In this document: positions 16,534 to 25,798 of the stretch, in pieces | How positions within the stretch are numbered: the stretch's first letter is position 1 | Layout of the letters: each line of letters starts with the position of its first letter | From: Endozoicomonas sp. | GTDB lineage: Bacteria; Pseudomonadota; Gammaproteobacteria; Pseudomonadales; Endozoicomonadaceae | Assembly (NCBI GenBank): GCA_027942505.1 | Contig: JAQFVO010001030.1 | Coordinates: 1 to 52,823, forward strand | Length of the DNA: 52,823 bases | Direction: 5' to 3' | The notes under the pieces: generated by a model | Database searches by the model: none | Seen by the model: the letters and a program-made list of their open reading frames with translations, nothing else | Told to the model about the DNA's origin: nothing | Made by a program: the position numbers and the translations under genes

Positions 16534-19095
16534 TCAATTGTCTGAGGTGGCCATCCACGTCACAACGGCGTTATCTAATGAGATATCCGTGGCGCTCTTG
16601 TCATAACGGGCGGAGTCCATGTAGTAGTTGTTGTAGGTCTGCGGGTTGGATTGCTGGCGACGATAGTAGACAGTGGCCGATATGGATTTGATATTGAGCA
16701 CCAACTCTGAAGTTAATTCAAAATCGGCGCTGGCGCTGCTGCTTGTATACCCTCCGCCTGTATAAAACAGGTTTACTTCCGGCCTGATCTGACCGTCTTT
16801 ATAGGAGTTGTCCTCAATAGTAAATGTCTGGTTGGCGTAGGTGTACTCCCTCCAATTCCATTCCTGGGAACTTGCCGTGTGTTCATAGGTCTTCACCGCC
16901 CCGCCACTATCGGGAAGTTTTACGCGCACGCGGCCCAGCCTTTTATCGCTGCTGAATTGGTAATATCGGTATCTGACCCGAATTGTCATATCCGCCACAT
17001 AGCGGTAAGCAATACTGGTAACTTCCCAGCCTGACATGCTCGGCATATCAATACCGATGTTTACCTTTTTGTACTGATCAGAGTTCCCAAGGTAAGAGTA
17101 AGTCTTGCTGTGCGGTGTACCATTAGCGGGCCTGCTGGTGTAATCGTATGTCGGGTTGCCATCGTTAAACGTTCCGCTGCGATCTGCTGCAACAAAGCGC
17201 ACTCGCAAATCATATTGATTCTGTGACAGGGTTTTACTCAGCTGTACGGTGTGTGTCGTAAACTGGTTAATGCTGACCACTTCGCTATCGCCAACACTCC
17301 ATGCTGAGCTGCTGCTGAGTTTGTAGTCCAGGTACACAGTTACTTGCCGGTTCTGGTACGTGGTACCAGTAGTTCGGCGATAGCTGGCTGTACGACAGTA
17401 GACTGTAACGCCTTTCAGGTTGCTTATATTGCTTGTGGTCCACGTCTGGCTATTACTACTGCCTGCATAGGTCCACCCGGGGGAAACAGTTTCGGTGCCT
17501 GACGCCAGCACCAGTTTGGCATACGGGGTAAACAGCCATGCACCGTCTTCGGTGGGGTGTGGCTGTGGGGCACTGTAGTACATCTCGATCTTTTGCGACT
17601 GGTTCGGGTAGTCGGCGTTGTAGACGCTCATATCCCTTGGGTAGAGGTGGATGGTGGGCTGACCGCGAAAGTACGCTGGTATCTTTACCTGCTGCCCTGA
17701 ATTGGCGGTGCCGGTCTCTACCCGCTTCACTTCCTTGTAAGGCACATGCCCGACGCCAGGCACAAACACATAAGCCTGAATGCGCCCGGCATTCATAATC
17801 ATGTAATCGTTATTCTGGATACCGCCATCACCGGCAATAATCAGCTGCCCGGTGCCATCGCTGGCGGTGGATAGCTCGATACTGTTCTGCCCAACGGTCA
17901 GCGCCGTTCCCGGCTTCAGCTCGCCGCTTTCCAGTTGGCTGATATTCATATTGCCATTAATCAGCACATCGGCGTTCATGCTGATCTTGTAGTCAGGCAC
18001 ATCAATGGAGCCGACATTCACAATACTGAACGGCTGGTGCAGTCCATCGGCACTGGCAAAAAAGAAGTTCTCTGCCGTAAATGCGATTTCAGAGAACGGA
18101 TTCCCGTCTTCATCCTTGCCCGATGCCACACCGATACCGGCAATAATCGGCTTACCGTCTGCGCCTTGCTGCGTTACTTTCAGGGTGTACTCGGCTTTCA
18201 GGCCATCCGTTACGGTCTTTTGTTCGTTAATAGCTGAGGTGTTGTCGCCGACGGTGCTGGTTAAACTGGTGAGCTGAGTCGCCTGGTTAGTGGTGGTTTG
18301 TTCGAGAGTGGTTATCTTAGTGTTTTGATTTCCGTCACTGGTTTCAAGCTGGCTGATCGACTGCGCCTGATCCTGTGTGGTCTGGTCAAGGGTGGTGATT
18401 GAGCTTTCATTGCTGCCAATGCGCTCGCCATGAGATAACAGGTCTTGCTCAGCCCGAGAGAGTTTTTGCTCCTGCTGTTCAGTATGCGCTGCCCATCCTG
18501 GTGTAAAGTAACTGTTGTCTATCTCGCCCTGTACGGCTTCCTGTATCACCGTGGGGTCGGCGGTGGCTTGCCCCGGGGTTCCGGCTACCTGGTTAAACTG
18601 ACTCTTTAATCTATCGTCGTTAACGTGGCGTATCCAGTAATAATAGGTAGTTCCATGACTGGCTATATCCGTGTAGCTGTTGGATGTCGCCTGATGGGTC
18701 ATTGTCGCCTGTGACAAGTCGTTAATCTGGGCGCGATGAATCTCAGTGTGGCTGTGGCCGTTGTAGGTGGGTGGCAACCATTCAAGGATAATTGCGCCGA
18801 AGATACCAGTGCTCTTTAAGTCTTTGGGGGTGGTGGGTGGTTCGGTGCTTTCGTTGTCCGGTACAACCAGATCGCCATTGTCGTTAGTGGGCGGCTTGAT
18901 CAGTGCGTCATTGATGGTTTTATTGGCATTGGCCGGACTGTTTAGTGCACCGGGGTTGGCCAACAACAAGCCCGATGCAGCCAGCTCGTTGTACGTAACC
19001 ACCTTGTCGCCCAGATTGCCGGTCCTGCCGGCCATCGTATCGAGCATCTGGCGAACGTACTTGTCAACGCTTGATGGGAGTGACGGGTAGCCCAT
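16534..19095 (-). CDS. Tail/host-specificity protein (FN3-like + coiled coil + DUF1983-like)
   Basis: TYYYWIRHVN FN3-like segment, heptad repeats, YTLKV...IAGIG motif, beta-rich C-terminus. Confidence 0.75.
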   Translation of the reverse strand: MGYPSLPSSVDKYVRQMLDTMAGRTGNLGDKVVTYNELAASGLLLANPGALNSPANANKTINDALIKPPTNDNGDLVVPDNESTEPPTTPKDLKSTGIFGAIILEWLPPTYNGHSHTEIHRAQINDLSQATMTHQATSNSYTDIASHGTTYYYWIRHVNDDRLKSQFNQVAGTPGQATADPTVIQEAVQGEIDNSYFTPGWAAHTEQQEQKLSRAEQDLLSHGERIGSNESSITTLDQTTQDQAQSISQLETSDGNQNTKITTLEQTTTNQATQLTSLTSTVGDNTSAINEQKTVTDGLKAEYTLKVTQQGADGKPIIAGIGVASGKDEDGNPFSEIAFTAENFFFASADGLHQPFSIVNVGSIDVPDYKISMNADVLINGNMNISQLESGELKPGTALTVGQNSIELSTASDGTGQLIIAGDGGIQNNDYMIMNAGRIQAYVFVPGVGHVPYKEVKRVETGTANSGQQVKIPAYFRGQPTIHLYPRDMSVYNADYPNQSQKIEMYYSAPQPHPTEDGAWLFTPYAKLVLASGTETVSPGWTYAGSSNSQTWTTSNISNLKGVTVYCRTASYRRTTGTTYQNRQVTVYLDYKLSSSSAWSVGDSEVVSINQFTTHTVQLSKTLSQNQYDLRVRFVAADRSGTFNDGNPTYDYTSRPANGTPHSKTYSYLGNSDQYKKVNIGIDMPSMSGWEVTSIAYRYVADMTIRVRYRYYQFSSDKRLGRVRVKLPDSGGAVKTYEHTASSQEWNWREYTYANQTFTIEDNSYKDGQIRPEVNLFYTGGGYTSSSASADFELTSELVLNIKSISATVYYRRQQSNPQTYNNYYMDSARYDKSATDISLDNAVVTWMATSDN

Positions 19096-19281
19096 TTAAT
19101 TCACCTCACCAATAGCGAACTGCTTGTCCAGAGTAGACGCCTTGCGACGATGCTTGTGCAGTCGATTACCCTCACAGTATTCACAGCCGCCATGGTTCAG
19201 ACAGCTACGTGCGGCCTTGCGGTTTTTCCCGTCCTTGTCGTCGTAGTGCTTGCCTTTGTACTCGCGGTACGTTCTGCTCAT
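19096..19281 (-). CDS. Small basic Cys/His protein (CLNHGGCEYC)
   Basis: Abuts both neighbouring tail genes; CxxHxxCxxC motif. Confidence 0.65.
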   Translation of the reverse strand: MSRTYREYKGKHYDDKDGKNRKAARSCLNHGGCEYCEGNRLHKHRRKASTLDKQFAIGEVN

Positions 19282-21062
19282 AACTCACTCATGCTTGATG
19301 CCAGTGTGACGCAATACACGGTGTCCGTACCGCTTAGCTCATACTGCCAGCTTGAGCCGATACCCATGGGAAGTCGGAAACCCTTGTCGTTCAGGACAGC
19401 AATGTTCATCACTTCAACGCCATCCCGATAGAGTTTGAATCTCAGATCGTCATAGCTCGCTGCTTGAATCCTGGCACTGTTCAATTTGATCGGTGTGCCT
19501 TGGTAGTCACGGCTTTTCCAGCGATACCGTAGCTTGTCGGTGCCTGCATCCCATTGGCTGATTTTATCATCTGTATGGATATACAGCGAATCGGTCTCAA
19601 GGTCTGCAAATCCGCTGCTTGCGGTGGTGCTGAGATTGGTCAGACTGCCGGTTTGGGTGTCGAAGATAAAACCGCCTGCATTATGGAACCCGTAATACTT
19701 CCCGTCATGGAAATAGGCGTGGATTTGCTCAGGGTGATAGTTGGCTCGCCAGTCTTCCGGGTTGATGACATTGGCTGTTACCAGTTGCGGTGATCCGCTG
19801 GCAATGGCGCATAATCCATCGGGGCTAGCGTACATGGCCTGATACCCCATATCCACCATACTACGCTTGCTGGTGCATACCTGGCTGGCGTCGATGCGTT
19901 CCAGTGTCATTGCTGCCGGTTCGGTGCCAAAACAGATATATGGATTACCCTTGGTGGTGATGATCAGGCTATTGCCGGCGGCGACTATCGCCACAATGTC
20001 GTATTCCATGGTCAGCCGGTATTGGGGTGGCCAGGCATAAAGGTGGTAAGGCTCTGTGAAATACAGTTCTTTACCCTTAAACCCTGCGGCGGTGCCATAG
20101 GGTAGCAGAGTGAGTCCTTTAAGATCGGTGGGCGGTGCTAACCAGTTGGTCGTTACTAGCTGGCTCCGGCGGTCTTCCGCTGGGGTTTCGTCGTATAACA
20201 CCGTTTGGCCGACAGGCACATCGGTGACGGTTTCGGCGCCTTCCCCTTCGCCATACTTCACCGCCTCGCATAACCACCAGTACCCATCCCCGCGTGTCAC
20301 ATACACTCGAAAGTGGGTGATATTGAGATCCACTGAGCCAGGGCTGTCGTCCACTTCCAGCTTAATGCTCTGGCCTTTCTTCCAGTAAGCTTCACCACTG
20401 GGCAGGGAGGGCGGGCCTTCTTTCCCATCTTCCGTTACCCACGTTGTCACATAGAACCGATATTCAGCAAAGAAATCATTCTCCCAGTCTTTGCCATCGT
20501 CCCACTTGGGCGCGTCCGGGTCGGCTTCATCGTCGGCCAGTCTCGTATACACCAGCTTGGTATCGGTGGCGTAATAGGTGAATCCCTCGGCGCTGCTGTC
20601 GTAGTCGCTGAGGTTTTCCTCTAAACCTTGGGCGTCGATACCTTCCGGTAAGCCTTCCACGGTAACAACGGGGGCTTTGTCCGGTTCCGGCATTCCAAGC
20701 TGCTGAGTATTGACCGGGTAATCGGTGCCGCCAGTGAGTGCCAGAATGTTATCGGTGAATCGTGCGCCTTTGGGGTGGCCGGTCATATACACCCGGTTGT
20801 TGGCATCGTCGGCAATGGGGGAGTTTACTACGTCCACTTCACCGGCAAAGCTGAACCAGTATTCCTGGTCGGCATCACGGTACAGGTGAATGCTGTCGGC
20901 GGTGGTGGGTAGCGTATGGGTTAGTGCAGGCTGGCGATAAGCTCGTAACGTGCCATTGGTCAGCTTGCAGTTTTCGGCTAATGCTGCGCCGTTTTCCGGC
21001 AACATATGATCATCCACTTTCGGCGTCATTCCCGAAAATGTTTTGACTTGGAGTTTGGGCAT
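19278..21062 (-). CDS. Tail tubular/stabilisation (nozzle-like) protein
   Basis: MPKLQVKTFSGMTP...A.NC start with TAATG coupling; YLFAWP-like motif (YHLYAWP); WKSR near the C-terminus. Confidence 0.7.
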   Translation of the reverse strand: MPKLQVKTFSGMTPKVDDHMLPENGAALAENCKLTNGTLRAYRQPALTHTLPTTADSIHLYRDADQEYWFSFAGEVDVVNSPIADDANNRVYMTGHPKGARFTDNILALTGGTDYPVNTQQLGMPEPDKAPVVTVEGLPEGIDAQGLEENLSDYDSSAEGFTYYATDTKLVYTRLADDEADPDAPKWDDGKDWENDFFAEYRFYVTTWVTEDGKEGPPSLPSGEAYWKKGQSIKLEVDDSPGSVDLNITHFRVYVTRGDGYWWLCEAVKYGEGEGAETVTDVPVGQTVLYDETPAEDRRSQLVTTNWLAPPTDLKGLTLLPYGTAAGFKGKELYFTEPYHLYAWPPQYRLTMEYDIVAIVAAGNSLIITTKGNPYICFGTEPAAMTLERIDASQVCTSKRSMVDMGYQAMYASPDGLCAIASGSPQLVTANVINPEDWRANYHPEQIHAYFHDGKYYGFHNAGGFIFDTQTGSLTNLSTTASSGFADLETDSLYIHTDDKISQWDAGTDKLRYRWKSRDYQGTPIKLNSARIQAASYDDLRFKLYRDGVEVMNIAVLNDKGFRLPMGIGSSWQYELSGTDTVYCVTLASSMSEL

Positions 21063-21514
21063 TAGGCCAACCCCAGTATCGCTTTTTGCTCTCTTCCCCA
21101 GCTCACACACTCATTACGATACTGCATATAAGCATCCCGCTTAGCCACCGCCGATGCGCTCAACGACTCCCCGTACACACTGTTGTTGATCGTGTCAGCC
21201 GTGTATTTCTGCTCATCACTGGGCGAATACCGCTGACGGATTTTCTCAACTACGCGAGCATTAATCAGCCTGACGTGTGGGCTTTCGTGTTTGATTTGCT
21301 CCCGTAACTCATCGGTCAAGACCACCGCTTCCGGCTGAATCTCGTCAGGCTGCACTGGCAGAACCACACCATCAGGCACGGCAACATAGGTGAAGCCATC
21401 AACCAACGTAGCCAGCTCGGTAGTCAGACGGTCGCCGCTTTCGCTCTCAGGCTGGCGCAGCTCAATAATCGTATAGGCGGTGATATGTTTTCGGTAGCGA
21501 ACTATAGAGGTCAT
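21062..21514 (-). CDS. Hypothetical protein overlapping the DGR RT 3' end; possible tail-fibre assembly factor
   Basis: Coupled to both neighbours; C-terminal helical segment IRQRYS...E...YR..C...GR..K..LGL. Confidence 0.6.
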   Translation of the reverse strand: MTSIVRYRKHITAYTIIELRQPESESGDRLTTELATLVDGFTYVAVPDGVVLPVQPDEIQPEAVVLTDELREQIKHESPHVRLINARVVEKIRQRYSPSDEQKYTADTINNSVYGESLSASAVAKRDAYMQYRNECVSWGREQKAILGLA

Positions 21515-22466
21515 GGTTTGTCTCTCTGGCGTAGTTGAGTAAGTGGTTCAGTGAGGCGGTTTGTTTTGCATGGCCAAGAATGGATATACAGCTTTCAAGA
21601 TTACCCTTCTTGACTGACTGTTTGAATTTGTAGAGCGAATGCTTGCGAATAAACTTCTTGCCCTGCCACGTCCTGTAGCCGACAAAATTCAGCCCGCTTT
21701 TAACTTTCTGAATGCTGGATTTTGAGAGTGTCATGTTCAAATTATTATCCAGCCATTGAATAATGCGTTGGCGATATTCAAGGCATTGATCGCGCGTCAG
21801 GCCGATCAAAATAAAATCGTCTACGTAACGAAGATAGCGTTTAACCTTTAACTCCCTCTTAATAAAGTGATCCAACGGATTTAAATAAATCAGCGCGTAA
21901 ATCTGACTAAGCAGGTTGCCAATAGGAATACCAACTGGTGATTGATAAACGGCAAACTGCATCATAATTCGGATCAGTCTTTCGTCTTTCAGTCTGCGTC
22001 TGATTTGTTTTTCCAGAATAGTCCGGTCGATGCGATAAAAGAACTTTCGCAAATCCAGCTTTAGCGTGTAATCGTCCGGTTTGCACTGACGCAACATTTG
22101 TTGAGCAGTCGTGCTGGCTTTGTGTGTACCGTACCCGATGCGACAGGCAAAGCTGGTATTTATAAACGTTTTATCAAATATCGGGTAGATAATTCGATAA
22201 ACAGCGTGCTGCACCACTACATCCCGAAAAGCTGGTGCGTAGATGGTGCGCTCTTTCGGCTCGTAAACCGTAAACTGAAAGTACGGCTCAGGGTAATAGC
22301 GGCCTGACCACAACTCCTGATAAATTTTTTCCAGATTTGTTCCGAGAGCCAACTCAAACTGAAAACAGGCTCGCTTGTTGCGCTTACCGCGCCTGGCATC
22401 CAGGTAAGCCTGATAAAGATTGTCCCGGCTGAATGCCTGTTCAAATAAATAACCAACACGTTTCAA
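21462..22466 (-). CDS. DGR reverse transcriptase
   Basis: EPKER.IYAPAFRD.VVQH, LKLDLRKFF, GIPIGNLLSQ, YLRYVDDF, NFVGY; next to TR and avd. Confidence 0.97.
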   Translation of the reverse strand: MKRVGYLFEQAFSRDNLYQAYLDARRGKRNKRACFQFELALGTNLEKIYQELWSGRYYPEPYFQFTVYEPKERTIYAPAFRDVVVQHAVYRIIYPIFDKTFINTSFACRIGYGTHKASTTAQQMLRQCKPDDYTLKLDLRKFFYRIDRTILEKQIRRRLKDERLIRIMMQFAVYQSPVGIPIGNLLSQIYALIYLNPLDHFIKRELKVKRYLRYVDDFILIGLTRDQCLEYRQRIIQWLDNNLNMTLSKSSIQKVKSGLNFVGYRTWQGKKFIRKHSLYKFKQSVKKGNLESCISILGHAKQTASLNHLLNYARETNHDLYSSLPKTYHRLYDY

Positions 22467-22597
22467 AGTAAAAGCCCGGTGTTCGACTGACTAAAAAGCA
22501 AAGCTACTAAAAGGACTTCACAGATTGAGTTCGCGTAACGCAGGACAGCGCATCCCTGTGCTCCACTGTTTCCGTCAGGAATATGAGGAAGTGATTC

Positions 22598-22714
22598 ACA
22601 GTCGGCCCGGCAGCCCACAGTGTTGTTCGAGTTGTGGCGATAGTTGTTGAGATTCGCACACCACACACCTGCAATCGAACCATTGTTCCAGTTGCCACCG
22701 GATAGAAGGCAAAG
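22598..22714 (-). repeat. DGR template repeat (TR), 117 bp
   Basis: Aligns without gaps to 23183-23299; nine AAY codons; 25 adenines. Confidence 0.97.
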
Positions 22715-22738
22715 CATTTTGAGGCGCTGCCCTTCCTG

Positions 22739-23146
22739 CTAATTAGTGGCTGACTGCTTCGCTTTTTCAGCTTGCAGCCAACCACCAATCATTCTGCCAA
22801 GCTCATCAACGTGACGACTGATAGCAAGGTAGCGCCTGGCTGCCACCTCGACCGGGTTATCCGGGTATCGTCGCCCGTCTTTGAATTGATAATACTCCAA
22901 TTCATTTGCAAGATTAAGCTGCATTCTAAGCTGTTGATGACGTATATCAAGATTCGTGAGCGTTGTCTTTTTGTGATACCGTTTTTGTGCCTCCGTGATC
23001 AGATCGTAAACCTCGTAAGCAGTGTCCCGTATGCGCTGCGATAGCGCATACTTCTCGTGCTTCGGAAAGTGATTAAGATAGATATTCAGTAGCTTGGCGA
23101 ACGCTACGTACTTTCTGTGTAATTCGGCTTCTGAGTGTATAGACAT
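22739..23146 (-). CDS. avd: DGR accessory variability determinant (four-helix bundle)
   Basis: HFPKHEKYALSQRIR...ELGRMIGGW; lies between the target gene and TR. Confidence 0.92.
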   Translation of the reverse strand: MSIHSEAELHRKYVAFAKLLNIYLNHFPKHEKYALSQRIRDTAYEVYDLITEAQKRYHKKTTLTNLDIRHQQLRMQLNLANELEYYQFKDGRRYPDNPVEVAARRYLAISRHVDELGRMIGGWLQAEKAKQSATN

Positions 23147-23173
23147 GGCACATACCGGCGCTATCGCACCTCA

Positions 23174-24955
23174 TTACAAATAACAGGCGGCCCGGCAGCC
23201 CACAGCGTCGTACGAGTAGTGGCGAGAGGAGTCGAGATGCGCACACCACACACCCGCAATCGAACCATGGACCCAGTAGCCACCGGAGAGAAGGCAAAGA
23301 TTGGCGCGATGATAGCTGTATAACCCGTCACGACCAAATTCATTTGCACCGCCAGAAGATTTGCCGTCCGACTGAAAGACGCCAAGCCCGGTAGTCAACC
23401 AGCCATTACCAGAGGTTTCATCAGACAACACTGGGTTTGTGTCATTGCCAAAACGAACCCAGGTAGAATTATGCTCAACTTGAGGTAGCGCCACCACATC
23501 ATATAAGGTGGCCATATGATTTACATCGCCCCAGGCATCCGTTGCATTATTCCAGCCACTCGTCAAATCAGCCATTTTCACAGATTCTTTGATGCACCAA
23601 AAGTCGCCGGGGTTAGGGCCGGTTGAATCACCTGGGCTAGCGCCAGGGCGAGTGATGCCGAGAGCTGCCTCGTACATCAAACCATTCAAGTCAGCAACGC
23701 CGCAAAACTGACCGTTGTGCGTCGTTTTGGCAAACGGTGTACCTGAACCAGTTTTGCCACAATTACTGTAGCCGTCAGAGGTGTAACTGACGGTATTGTC
23801 GTCTGTATCGCCTAGCGCATTGTTGTTGCAACCTTTAGGAAAGTTTTTTACGCCCGCTGCATCGTACCATGCACAATAGGCGTCATTTGTTGTCTGTTTG
23901 CCGTGAGCCAGTGACAGTAAAGCCAACGCCGAATAGATAAATCGACTAGCCGGGAAAAAAGTATCGCCACGGGTTTTGCAAACGTCAATACTGCTGCCGT
24001 AGTTGTTTGATGCCCCCACTTGTGAATAGGGGTTGTGTGCTGAGCTGCTAGACATCGGAAGCCCGTCTTTGATGCTGGACGCAATGCCGTTGTTTGCTGA
24101 CACCATGTATTTATCGACAAAAAACCCGCGCTGTATCTGACCGCCGTCAATAAATGCCCTGTGCAGTGCAAAGTTATCCGCCTCGGCTGCTGCCCTGTCC
24201 GGGTAATCGGATTCTGCTGCGATCTCGACGTTGTTGCCAGTGATTCTGTAGTAGAACATGGGCACCCAGCACATGATAGAACCATCGGTGTAGCGGTAGT
24301 TGCCGTAGGTGTCGCTGGTAGCTGAAGTACACCCCGGTAGCGGTGAGAAGGCTTCCTGTAATTCAGGGCAGATACCAACCCCAAAACCTGCACCGCCCGC
24401 CCTGCCAATAAAGTTTGGTGCCACGCTGGCGTAGTGCGGGTCGATCCAGCCAATGTCAATATACCCGCCTTTTTTGGCGATGGGAATTTTGCCCTCGGCA
24501 GGTGTTGTGCTGGCCTCGCCGTCATAGACAATCGCTTCGGCCAAATTAGCGGCGTTATCGGCGCGGTCAGCGTGGTTCGCAGAGGACTGATTATTTTGTG
24601 CTGATTGATCAGCTTCCGCTTTGCTGCGGTCGGCTTCGGCTTTCGCCCTTGCTTCTTGTGTATCGCCTGCTGTTTGCAAGCGGACAATCTGGGCGTCACC
24701 TTCGGCAGCCACAACGGCCTGATACGTTGCTGCCCTGTTCGCCTCAGTGGTACTGCGGTCGGCTTCGGTTGCGGCTCGGTCGGCTTCGGTAGTGCTGTTG
24801 GTGTGCGCCAGTTCGGCCCCCACCTGGGCGGCCTGCGCGTCGCTGACGGCGGTGTCGAGCGTTGCTTTGTCAGTGGTTACGGTGTCGAGCAAAGCTGTCG
24901 TCTGTGTGGTCAGTTCCCCGACCGCGTTAACCAGGTCGTTGATGTCCGTTGTCAT
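23174..24955 (-). CDS. DGR target: tail fibre/receptor-binding protein with C-terminal CLec(FGE)-type domain
   Basis: N-terminal coiled coil with TEADR repeats; FFVDKY, DLNG.MYE and GG.W...GCRAA motifs; contains VR. Confidence 0.9.
   Translation of the reverse strand: MTTDINDLVNAVGELTTQTTALLDTVTTDKATLDTAVSDAQAAQVGAELAHTNSTTEADRAATEADRSTTEANRAATYQAVVAAEGDAQIVRLQTAGDTQEARAKAEADRSKAEADQSAQNNQSSANHADRADNAANLAEAIVYDGEASTTPAEGKIPIAKKGGYIDIGWIDPHYASVAPNFIGRAGGAGFGVGICPELQEAFSPLPGCTSATSDTYGNYRYTDGSIMCWVPMFYYRITGNNVEIAAESDYPDRAAAEADNFALHRAFIDGGQIQRGFFVDKYMVSANNGIASSIKDGLPMSSSSAHNPYSQVGASNNYGSSIDVCKTRGDTFFPASRFIYSALALLSLAHGKQTTNDAYCAWYDAAGVKNFPKGCNNNALGDTDDNTVSYTSDGYSNCGKTGSGTPFAKTTHNGQFCGVADLNGLMYEAALGITRPGASPGDSTGPNPGDFWCIKESVKMADLTSGWNNATDAWGDVNHMATLYDVVALPQVEHNSTWVRFGNDTNPVLSDETSGNGWLTTGLGVFQSDGKSSGGANEFGRDGLYSYHRANLCLLSGGYWVHGSIAGVWCAHLDSSRHYSYDAVGCRAACYL
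23183..23299 (-). repeat. DGR variable repeat (VR) at the 3' end of the target gene
   Basis: 16 mismatches to TR, all at TR adenines; GC-rich GGGCTGCCGGGCCG element near the 3' end. Confidence 0.97.
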
Positions 24956-24965
24956 CCTTGGCCTC

Positions 24966-25442
24966 TTATTTGAAGGTGTGAAACTTGGCTATGATTCGCT
25001 GGGTTTCTATCAGGTGTGCAGCAAGATTAACCGCATATAGAGCAGTTGCTTCTTGCGCCCTGCTTACTTGTACATCACCTTCGGCGATTACCCTTGCGTT
25101 CTGCTTGTTGCCTTCAGCGGTAACAGCCTGAGTTGCACCGGCAGCTGTGGCAGTAAAGTCATTAACTGTCTGAATTACAAATGCTTTGTCGCTTGACACA
25201 TCCTGAGCGTCACTGGCTACTTCGCCATGTTTTTTTACAATGTCAGCGTGCTTGTCGGTAATGTCCGCCGACTCCAGATCAATGCCCTGCTTGATAGACT
25301 CCACATCGTCCCTGATCTGCTCAACCGCTGCCCGATCAACTGCCACTGCTGCCCGCAAAGTGCCAGCCATAGACACATCGGTATTGAACTTGAGCGTAAA
25401 CGGGAGTTGCTTTTCCTGGCTCAGTTTTAACGTGAAACTCAT
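24966..25442 (-). CDS. Tail-fibre-associated coiled-coil protein
   Basis: Heptad pattern; AEG..Q..R motif shared with the target N-terminus. Confidence 0.6.
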   Translation of the reverse strand: MSFTLKLSQEKQLPFTLKFNTDVSMAGTLRAAVAVDRAAVEQIRDDVESIKQGIDLESADITDKHADIVKKHGEVASDAQDVSSDKAFVIQTVNDFTATAAGATQAVTAEGNKQNARVIAEGDVQVSRAQEATALYAVNLAAHLIETQRIIAKFHTFK

Positions 25443-25798
25443 TGTAGCGCCTCCGTTACGCCTCGCTTGATTCGCAACTTACCCATGAAAGGCGTAGAGA
25501 CTGCATCACCGTTCGGGTCCGATACCTGGATATCGTAGTCGTAGGCGGATTGAATCAGGCTGTTGGTGTCTTCTGGCTCAAAGGTAAAGATGACTTGCGA
25601 GCTGTTATCAGTAACTACGCTCTTGGCGATCACCGCCTCCGCGTCAGACTGATACTTGCTGTGCTTGGCCGTAAGTTTGAATACCCAGCCGGTCAACGGG
25701 TGCGGGGTGGCTCCGTCTGAGCTATCAACGATATCAATCACCAGCGTCACAGAGTCGCCGTTAATAAAGGCTTCAAGGTCTACGCGTTCCGGCATCAT
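25439..25798 (-). CDS. BppU-N-like tail adaptor (119 aa)
   Basis: GDS...LTG...YDYDIQV...G; ATGA coupling places the start at 25798. Confidence 0.6.
   Translation of the reverse strand: MMPERVDLEAFINGDSVTLVIDIVDSSDGATPHPLTGWVFKLTAKHSKYQSDAEAVIAKSVVTDNSSQVIFTFEPEDTNSLIQSAYDYDIQVSDPNGDAVSTPFMGKLRIKRGVTEALQ

Noticed and set aside
16534..19095. Second DGR target in the other tail protein
   Set aside because: No TR-like sequence seen at its 3' end or elsewhere by eye; a BLASTN of TR against the genome would settle remote targets
21462..22466. Retron or group II intron RT
   Set aside because: The TR/VR pair and avd identify a DGR; no maturase/endonuclease extension or retron VTG motif
23848..24714. 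288-aa alternative-frame ORF and other long shadow ORFs (e.g. 27481-28299, 37369-38208)
   Set aside because: They overlap well-supported genes and carry no recognisable motifs
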